Part shown: piece by piece, positions 39,310 to 44,607 of the stretch
Position numbering within the stretch: the stretch's first letter is position 1
Layout: each line of letters begins with the position of its first letter
DNA from: Candidatus Obscuribacteraceae bacterium
GTDB lineage: Bacteria; Cyanobacteriota; Vampirovibrionia; Obscuribacterales; Obscuribacteraceae
Direction: 5' to 3'
Length of the DNA: 64,000 bases
NCBI GenBank assembly: GCA_044229845.1
Contig: JBGASG010000005.1
Location: 288,001-352,000 of the forward strand
The notes under the pieces: model-generated
The model's database searches: none
What the model was told of the DNA's origin: nothing
Seen by the model: the letters and a program-made list of their open reading frames with translations, nothing else
Program-made: the position numbers and the translations under genes

Positions 39310-39343
39310 ACTGGTCGATCTGCCCCCCAGGTCGGCCAGTTTT
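39310..39343 (+). terminator. Intrinsic terminator of the paralog pair
   Basis: ACTGGTCGATCTG-CCCCC-CAGGTCGGCCAGT followed by TTT. Confidence 0.7.
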
Positions 39344-39359
39344 ATGTTGGAACTCCGAT

Positions 39360-39435
39360 TGGAGTGATCGACGGTAATCGAAACCGTACCTTGTCGGTTC
39401 ACAGCCGACGGCTCTGCCACTTAAGCTACGACCAC
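39360..39435 (-). tRNA. tRNA-His(GTG), atypical, CCA encoded
   Basis: GTGGTCG/CGATCAC acceptor, GTCGG-CTGTGAA-CCGAC, ACGGT-TTCGATT-ACCGT, TCCA end. Confidence 0.85.
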
Positions 39436-39439
39436 AGCT

Positions 39440-39510
39440 CTCGGGGAATTGGATTCGAACCAATATTGCAACGTTCAAAGCGTTGTGACCTACCATTAGT
39501 CGATCCCCGA
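39440..39510 (-). tRNA. tRNA-Gln(TTG)
   Basis: TCGGGGA/TCCCCGA acceptor, CAACG-CTTTGAA-CGTTG, ATTGG-TTCGAAT-CCAAT. Confidence 0.9.
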
Positions 39511-39680
39511 TCATCTGCTGCGCTCGGGGAGGAAACGATCTGGTCACTCCGGCACCGGCACTGCAATAGATCCCGACGGAACTGACACCAGTTGGTTTAC
39601 TGGTGTCGCGGGGTCTGTTGCTGGTGCTGGAGTCTCTTCATTGAAGTATGTCTCTGAATGTTGAACTGAATTGATTAGGT

Positions 39681-39755
39681 TGGCCGGAGCGGTTGGAATC
39701 GAACCAACTACCTTCTGCTTCCAAGGCAGACATGCCACCAATGCACTACGCCCCG
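39681..39755 (-). tRNA. tRNA-Pro(TGG), atypical, CCA encoded
   Basis: CGGGGCG/CGCTCCG acceptor, TCTGC-CTTGGAA-GCAGA, GTTGG-TTCGATT-CCAAC, GCCA end. Confidence 0.9.
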
Positions 39756-39862
39756 AGATGTCTCGCTTTTACTGCGGGCGTCTCGGGTTGGGGCGCAATT
39801 GATGTTGGCGTCTATTCATTGGAGAGGGATCGAGTTAATTGGAGAGGGGGGACTACGTTTGA

Positions 39863-39992
39863 TTGCGACCTGCGCAAGTTATGGGAGCTGTTTTTTTGCT
39901 TTGGCGAGGAATCTCTCCTCAGGGTGGATTCGAACCACGGGCTTTCGCCTTTACCAGTTTGTAAGCTCACATTGTTGGAGCGCAGAACGCAA
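39863..39992 (-). ncRNA. Y-RNA-like RNA Y6 (T-arm only subtype)
   Basis: CTGCGC-TCCAACA..GAGC-TTACAA, CTGGTAA, T arm GTGG-TTCGAAT-CCAC, ...GCTC..TAACTT-GCGCAG. Confidence 0.7.
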
Positions 39993-39994
39993 TA

Positions 39995-40050
39995 ATTATA
40001 GTAGCACACTTTATCGGAAGCGATCAACTTTATAAACCATATATGGTGCC
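39995..40050 (-). promoter_or_regulatory. Promoter of the Y6-tRNA cluster with upstream box
   Basis: Minus strand GGCACCATATATGGT ... TTGATC-18-TACTAT(AAT). Confidence 0.6.
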
Positions 40051-40098
40051 TGGTGTTTACACCACCAGTGGTGCCTTGCGTTCGGTTTCCTCTCCAAA

Positions 40099-40191
40099 GG
40101 GAATGACGGGCACCAGCACTTGGCTGAGCCCGTTGTTGAAGTAATGATCGCAGCTGTGCGCGGTTTTTCTGCCGCTTTCAATGCTTCTCCC
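40099..40191 (-). ncRNA. Family-B structured RNA, copy B5 (divergent)
   Basis: GGGA...TCCC closing stem; ACGGGC-T-CAGC-loop-GCTG-GT-GCCCGT hairpin. Confidence 0.55.
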
Positions 40192-40256
40192 ATATGTACG
40201 CATATCTGAGTGAAATCGAAAACTCGTATGCGATTGTGGTGGTGTGTGGTTCCAGT

Positions 40257-40347
40257 GGGGGAGCGGGCCTCGGCAGCATGGCCGGACCCGTGAGAATAAC
40301 TTCGAATTTGTGATATGTGCGGAGTCGGTCACTGACGAAGTTCCCCC
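40257..40347 (-). ncRNA. Family-B structured RNA, copy B4
   Basis: GGGGGA-ACTTCG...CCGAC...ACGGGT-C-CGGC-loop-GCCG-AG-GCCCG-C-TCCCCC. Confidence 0.6.
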
Positions 40348-40514
40348 TATGTTCACCGCGTCCGGGGTCAATAGCCCTGTTCATCGCATACGCCCGCTCG
40401 GAGATGAATTGGGGATTCATTCCGCACTTATTATTGCCAGCCGCGGAAATGAAGAGCCTTCATTTCCATGATTGGACAATCCCGAGTTGCAATGGGACGT
40501 GGTCCAAAGGTCTT

Positions 40515-40631
40515 GCCTGTACGAGTCGAGAGAGCCACTTTGAACACCTCCATGGCGGAGGTTTTCGGATTCGAACCGATTCCTTGAAAGGGAATTACCA
40601 GATTGTATGCTCTTCCTGTTGGGGTACAGGC
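40515..40631 (-). ncRNA. Y-RNA-like RNA Y5 (T-arm only subtype)
   Basis: GCCTGTAC-CCCAACAGGAA-GAGC-ATACAA-TCTGGTAA, T arm TCGG-TTCGAAT-CCGA, hairpin ACCTCC/GGAGGT, GCTC-TCTCGACTC-GTACAGGC. Confidence 0.75.
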
Positions 40632-40640
40632 GATACTATT

Positions 40641-40697
40641 AAAGTAACACGCAAAATGCGTGGTGTCAATAGCCGTGCGATACTAAATATGGTGGCA
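40641..40697 (-). promoter_or_regulatory. sigma70 promoter plus upstream box (drives Y5)
   Basis: TGCCACCATATTTAGTATCGCA-6nt-TTGACA-17-TACTTT. Confidence 0.8.
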
Positions 40698-40711
40698 CTA
40701 CTAAAACAAAC

Positions 40712-40832
40712 GGAGATACGGGCAGCGGCTAGCTATGCCGTGCCCGTGATGATCACTGCGGAGAGCTACTCCGACTGGACCAACCTTTTTCTGTCGATAG
40801 TTTATGAAGCCTTGGCGACAAAAACGATCTCC
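40712..40832 (-). ncRNA. Family-B structured RNA, copy B3
   Basis: GGAGAT/ATCTCC closing stem and three arms, including ACGGGCA-CGGC-loop-GCCG-C-TGCCCGT. Confidence 0.7.
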
Positions 40833-40844
40833 TTTCTTTCTCTC

Positions 40845-41004
40845 AGTTCGCGTACTTTCTGTACAAGTCGAAGGAGCAGAGTTTTGGTGCTCTACCACTG
40901 AGCTATGAGGGCATAAAGCCCCCAGTAGGATTCGAACCTACGCCCACCCGCTTCGAAAGGCGATTGTATGCTCTAAATGTTAGAGTACAGATCGTCCGCG
41001 GACT
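40845..41004 (-). ncRNA. YrlA-like Y RNA Y4 with circularly permuted tRNA domain
   Basis: Terminal module encloses T arm GTAGG-TTCGAAT-CCTAC, looped acceptor TGGGGGC-TTTAT-GCCCTCA, TA, D arm GCTC-AGTGGTA-GAGC. Confidence 0.85.
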
Positions 41005-41012
41005 TTGAGCAA

Positions 41013-41161
41013 TGTATTCCGTATGAGTCGCAAGAGCGTAAACGCGGTCTCGAATTGCTCTTCCTTTGAGCTACACAGGCATGTTGCCCGCGGCAGGTTT
41101 CGAGTCTGCATACTATCGGGGTTGTCGCGTTTGTATGCTCGGGGACTTGAATACAGTTACA
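41013..41161 (-). ncRNA. YrlA-like Y RNA Y3 (degenerate T loop)
   Basis: GCAG-ACTCGAAAC-CTGC, acceptor CGCGGGC-AACAT-GCCTGTG, TA, D arm GCTC-AAAGGAA-GAGC; terminal GAGCATACA / GCTC..CGACTCATAC. Confidence 0.75.
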
Positions 41162-41167
41162 AGGAAC

Positions 41168-41223
41168 AATGTAGCAGATAAAGTTAGTGGTGTCAATAGT
41201 GGTGCGCACCATAGGTGGTGGCT
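41168..41223 (-). promoter_or_regulatory. sigma70 promoter plus upstream box (drives Y3-Y4-B3)
   Basis: AGCCACCACCTATGGTGCGCA-6nt-TTGACA-17-TACATT. Confidence 0.8.
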
Positions 41224-41236
41224 TATCGAGACCAAC

Positions 41237-41353
41237 GGAGAAACGGGCAACAGCTAGCAAGGCTGAGCCCGTTATGACCATCGCGAACAGCTAATCCGCT
41301 TAGATCACACACTTCTTGTCGGTTGTTGCACCAAGGCGACAATGAAGATCTCC
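41237..41353 (-). ncRNA. Family-B structured RNA, copy B2
   Basis: GGAGA/TCTCC; CTTC-ATTGTC...GACAA-GAAG; TGTGATC/GGTCATA; ACGGGC-T-CAGC-loop-GCTG-TT-GCCCGT. Confidence 0.7.
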
Positions 41354-41367
41354 TTACCTTGATGAAT

Positions 41368-41534
41368 TGATGCGGCTGTATGAGTCGATGGAGCGGAGTA
41401 CAAAATCGAATGCTCTACTAATGAGCTACGAAGGAAAGTTCCTTAGGCAGGATTCGCACCTGCTACCGTTCGAGTGAGACAGTTTTTCAAACTGATTGTA
41501 TGTATGCTCAACCTGTTAGGTTACAGTTGCATCA
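41368..41534 (-). ncRNA. YrlA-like Y RNA Y2
   Basis: TGATGC/GCATCA outer stem; TCGAA/TTCGA anticodon-stem equivalent; T arm GCAGG-TGCGAAT-CCTGC; looped acceptor; D arm GCTC-ATTAGTA-GAGC. Confidence 0.85.
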
Positions 41535-41540
41535 GTCATC

Positions 41541-41596
41541 AATGTAGCAAAGACCGATAATGGTGTCAAGGGCGGTGCGCACCATAGATAGTGGCA
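41541..41596 (-). promoter_or_regulatory. sigma70 promoter plus upstream box (drives Y2-B2)
   Basis: TGCCACTATCTATGGTGCGCA-6nt-TTGACA-17-TACATT. Confidence 0.8.
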
Positions 41597-41610
41597 CGCG
41601 ACAAACCAGC

Positions 41611-41723
41611 GGAGAGACGGACAGCAGCCTGGGAAGCTGAGCCCGTCGCGATGCTCGCGAACGCCAGGTCGCGAGACAAGCTTGCTTGTTGTCGGTGATA
41701 GCACCAGGGCAACGAAGTTCTCC
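41611..41723 (-). ncRNA. Family-B structured RNA, copy B1
   Basis: GGAGA/TCTCC closing stem; ACGGGC-T-CAGC-loop-GCTG-CT-GTCCGT. Confidence 0.7.
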
Positions 41724-41737
41724 TTACCTTGATGAAT

Positions 41738-41888
41738 TGATGCGGCTGTAAGAGTCGATTGAGCTTAGATCAACTATTCGCATGCTCTTACCATCTGAGC
41801 TACAAAAGCCGAAGCCTCTGGCAGGAATCGAACCTGCGACCAAGCGGTTACGTGTGTATGCTCTACCTGTTAGATTACAGTTGCATCA
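41738..41888 (-). ncRNA. YrlA-like Y RNA Y1
   Basis: T arm GCAGG-TTCGATT-CCTGC, acceptor CAGAGGC-TTCG-GCTTTTG, TA, D arm GCTC-AGATGGTAA-GAGC, inside the CTGTAA..GAGCATAC / GCTC..CGACTCTTACAG module. Confidence 0.9.
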
Positions 41889-41894
41889 GTCACT

Positions 41895-41950
41895 AATCTA
41901 GCAAAGCCTAGAAGTGGTGTCAAGTATGGTGCGCACCATAGGTGGTGGCA
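41895..41950 (-). promoter_or_regulatory. sigma70 promoter plus upstream box (drives Y1-B1)
   Basis: TGCCACCACCTATGGTGCGCA-6nt-TTGACA-17-TAGATT. Confidence 0.8.
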
Positions 41951-41964
41951 GTATTTAGTAAAGC

Positions 41965-42255
41965 GCTGCGCGGGCAGCGACCTGATTGTCGAGCCCGAAA
42001 TATGCATCTACGCCAACGGCGGTGCTGGTTGTATGGACGGAAAATGACGTCTGCATTTGCTGCATCTGTGAGGACAGGGTCGGTCGAGCCGAGCCGCAAT
42101 TCTCACGGCGATAACCGCCGGCTATGACGCCGTGGTTAAACTGCCATTTTCCTAGTGGTGTTCTGATGTCCTTCACGGACCGAACCTCCATCTCCCCTGC
42201 ACTTCGCGAAAACAAAATTCGCGCGCTGCTATACAAACAACCTGGCAGGCGGAAA
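41965..42255 (-). ncRNA. Candidate ~290-nt structured RNA ending in the family-B hairpin
   Basis: Own promoter; long-range pairs GGAAAATGGC/GTCATTTTCC and GGTTGT/ACAACC; terminal CGGGC-T-CGAC-loop-GTCG-CT-GCCCG. Confidence 0.45.
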
Positions 42256-42259
42256 TTCC

Positions 42260-42297
42260 ATCTTAGGGCCGGCTTGAGAATCCTGTCAATAGGATTT
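42260..42297 (-). promoter_or_regulatory. sigma70 promoter with palindrome over the -35
   Basis: TTGACA-18-TAAGAT; AATCCT-N6-AGGATT straddles the -35. Confidence 0.6.
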
Positions 42298-42340
42298 TCG
42301 CCTCTGCATACCTTTAATTCGCTGAACCTACGCTGGACCT

Positions 42341-42985
42341 TTATAAATCCAGCTCTCTATTAATAGATAGATCGCCCACCGTTACGGAATAGTTCCGCTT
42401 CTCCCCGGTGAGGATATGGCGCACCAGCACCTCCGCTGCGACAGACACCACCAGGGTGACCAGATTGCGGGCCAGCGGATAGTCGCAGATGTCGATGCCC
42501 ACGTCGCTTGGCACACGATACTTCTCGTTCCAGATGACTTCGCCGTATCCGTCGTTCATTCCGGCATGCAGGCAAGCGATGGCGTTATCGCGGCAATAAT
42601 CGGCGACCAGCCGGCGAGAAGCCGTATTGTCGAAGACATCAACCACCAGGGTTGCCCCCTTCAGAAATTTTGCCGCATTTTTCTCAGTTAATTCCTGCGC
42701 TCGCGCGGTGATTTCAACTCCCACCTCGCGATACAAAAGATTGCGCAACAACTCTGCTTTTTGCCCACCGACATCGTCCAGCGAATAGACCTGGGTACTG
42801 ACATTGTGCTCTTCCACGCGGTCCTTATCGATCACCGTCATGTTCGTCACACCCATGCGCGCCAGGGTTTCGGCAAGATTCGAGCCGAGCGCCCCCGCGC
42901 CGCAAATCAAAATGCCGGCAGCGGCAATTTTGCGCATCGCCTGTTGTCCGCGGAAAATCTGTTCGTGATGAAATCGATGGCTCAT
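42341..42985 (-). CDS. ThiF/MoeB/E1-family adenylyltransferase
   Basis: GAGALGSN, DKDRVEEHNVSTQ, KAE, DVFDN; single C-terminal Cys in DICDYP, no CxxC pairs. Confidence 0.9.
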   Translation of the reverse strand: MSHRFHHEQIFRGQQAMRKIAAAGILICGAGALGSNLAETLARMGVTNMTVIDKDRVEEHNVSTQVYSLDDVGGQKAELLRNLLYREVGVEITARAQELTEKNAAKFLKGATLVVDVFDNTASRRLVADYCRDNAIACLHAGMNDGYGEVIWNEKYRVPSDVGIDICDYPLARNLVTLVVSVAAEVLVRHILTGEKRNYSVTVGDLSINRELDL

Positions 42986-43001
42986 CTAATAATTCCTTGC
43001 A

Positions 43002-43442
43002 CTACTCGACAGCAACCAGAACTAGTCCTTTGAATCGCTGCACGCGGGCGACCGCCCGCGGTTTCTTCTCGTATTCATAAATCCATCCGCGCGCGCCGGC
43101 GCTCGTTTCGATCACACATAAAATCGGCTTCCCAAAACAAAAGCACCACGCATCCAAAGTACGGTCGTCGCGCCCGGAAGGACCAGTGAAACCCTCAGGG
43201 TGCGTGTGATAGAAGCCAATCACATCGCCCTCCGCTTCTTCTCGCGCCAGGACACGTTTGCCGTCAAACCGCACTGAGGTCTCCGAGCCCTTTGTGCGCC
43301 AACGCATCTTGGCGTGCCAGACACCATTGAGGCATTCACCCGTCAACACATAGGCAATTTCCTTGCCGCCTGGAAATTCTCCACCATCGGCAAACTTCAC
43401 TGGTCCGGAGGCGGCGGCGTCCTGCTTACCCGAGGTAGTCAT
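43002..43442 (-). CDS. JAB/JAMM (MPN+) metallopeptidase
   Basis: GFYHTHPEGFTGPSGRDD = HxH-x7-S-x2-D. Confidence 0.9.
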   Translation of the reverse strand: MTTSGKQDAAASGPVKFADGGEFPGGKEIAYVLTGECLNGVWHAKMRWRTKGSETSVRFDGKRVLAREEAEGDVIGFYHTHPEGFTGPSGRDDRTLDAWCFCFGKPILCVIETSAGARGWIYEYEKKPRAVARVQRFKGLVLVAVE

Positions 43443-44295
43443 AATAGTTGCCCGCTTCGCGCAATACTCCGACGACGCTGGTCAGGTCGAATTGCTGATC
43501 TTCCCCGCTCAAGCAAACTCCAGCACTTTGCAGTGTCAGGTCGCCGACTGCCACGTTGACCACGTGATCGCGACCGTCCATTTCAAACCGAACGGTTGCG
43601 TACTGTTGATGCTGATCAGTGTAACGAAAACTTTCCAACGTCGCGCCGGCGTGCCGCAATGCATCGCTGATGCGCGTCCGATCGTCCAGCATCGTCTCGG
43701 TCGGATCGTTACGATGCTTATGTAGATACATCATGCGGTAAGCGAGGCGCTCGCTTGGCACCATTCCGCGAGCACGCACTTCACCAGGTTTGATATCGGC
43801 TTCCAACGACCGGCGCAGAGTTCGCGAAACTGCCGGGTCTCGTTTTCGATCTACAGAATCAAACCAGAAGGCTGCGCCATCGAAGCGCGCATGAATGGTA
43901 TCGAAATTGGTGCAGCCCAGAACCAGCTGCACGGGCACCGGACCAGATAACCGCAAGCGTGTGTCAGCTTCGGAATATGCCAGCGCCCACCATGTTTTAT
44001 CTAATTGATCGACGAGCACCAGACGCACGCGAGGAAACAACGCCAGATATTTTGAGACAAGCGAAAGCGGCGCCGTTTCCACGACTTCTGCCACGCCTTC
44101 CTCTACCATGCGCAAGATACAAAATCCTGTTTCTCTCGTGCGCACTTTCATTTCATAGACAATGCCCGCCACGCGAACGCGCACCTTACCGCCTGCAACG
44201 ATCGGAGCAAGAAACGTTGTCTGCGACAACTTCTTTTCTTCCTCTTCCATTTTGGCAATCATCGCCAGCGGATCGGGCCGCTCACGTTCTGTCAT
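43426..44295 (-). CDS. Uncharacterised protein with C-terminal GxCL motif, candidate divergent E2-like/acceptor component
   Basis: Between Ubl and JAB, overlapping JAB by 17 bp; C-terminal SAGVCLSGEDQQFDLTSVVGV. Confidence 0.6.
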   Translation of the reverse strand: MTERERPDPLAMIAKMEEEEKKLSQTTFLAPIVAGGKVRVRVAGIVYEMKVRTRETGFCILRMVEEGVAEVVETAPLSLVSKYLALFPRVRLVLVDQLDKTWWALAYSEADTRLRLSGPVPVQLVLGCTNFDTIHARFDGAAFWFDSVDRKRDPAVSRTLRRSLEADIKPGEVRARGMVPSERLAYRMMYLHKHRNDPTETMLDDRTRISDALRHAGATLESFRYTDQHQQYATVRFEMDGRDHVVNVAVGDLTLQSAGVCLSGEDQQFDLTSVVGVLREAGNYYDYLG

Positions 44296-44320
44296 GATGG
44301 AGCACCGCGCACCCGGCTGA

Positions 44321-44593
44321 TTAACCGAATACGGCTTCTGGGCGCACAGTAATGTTGCCATTTTCGTGGCGTTCGATCACCGTGCTGCTCAGATGTTGGG
44401 GCGGTACTTCCATAAAACGTGCCACAGCGGCGCGAATGTCTGCATCGCTGGAACCCGGGGTCAGCTCGAGCAAATCAAGTGCGATGTCGCGGCTGCGACC
44501 TTGAATGCGTACGTGCACGACCGGACCGGTTTGCGTTTGCGGCTCGGTACCAGTGGCGCGGTTGTACAGGTTGTTGATGTCATCGTTTGCCAT
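44321..44593 (-). CDS. Small ubiquitin-like (beta-grasp) protein ending in Gly
   Basis: 90 aa, strand-strand-helix-strand-strand pattern (VVHVRIQGRSRDI..DADIRAAVARFM..NITVRPEAVFG-stop); AAGGAGG RBS; first gene of the E1/JAB operon. Confidence 0.7.
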   Translation of the reverse strand: MANDDINNLYNRATGTEPQTQTGPVVHVRIQGRSRDIALDLLELTPGSSDADIRAAVARFMEVPPQHLSSTVIERHENGNITVRPEAVFG

Positions 44594-44607
44594 GTGGGAG
44601 CCCTCCT

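Noticed and set aside
41237..41723. Family B as small peptide genes (AAGGAGA resembles a Shine-Dalgarno before TTG)
   Set aside because: Predicted peptides differ in frame and length between copies while base pairs covary; GGAGA pairs with the 3' TCTCC.
40845..41888. Calling Y1-Y4 ordinary or pseudo tRNA genes
   Set aside because: T arm precedes D arm, the acceptor stem is closed by a loop, there is no anticodon loop or CCA, and all share a non-tRNA terminal module.
39800..42000. CRISPR array or cas locus
   Set aside because: Repeat units are hundreds of bp with internal promoters and folded RNAs, not 25-45 bp repeats with unique spacers; no cas genes in the window.
42155..42195. Hammerhead ribozyme (CTGATG...GAA on the + strand)
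   Set aside because: Core lacks CUGAnGA and GAAA; flanking stems do not fit.
39208..42363. Short ORFs listed across the non-coding array (e.g. 40317..40901, 40973..41281, 41516..41704)
   Set aside because: No recognisable motifs, they cross tRNAs and promoters, and frames are not conserved between repeat units.
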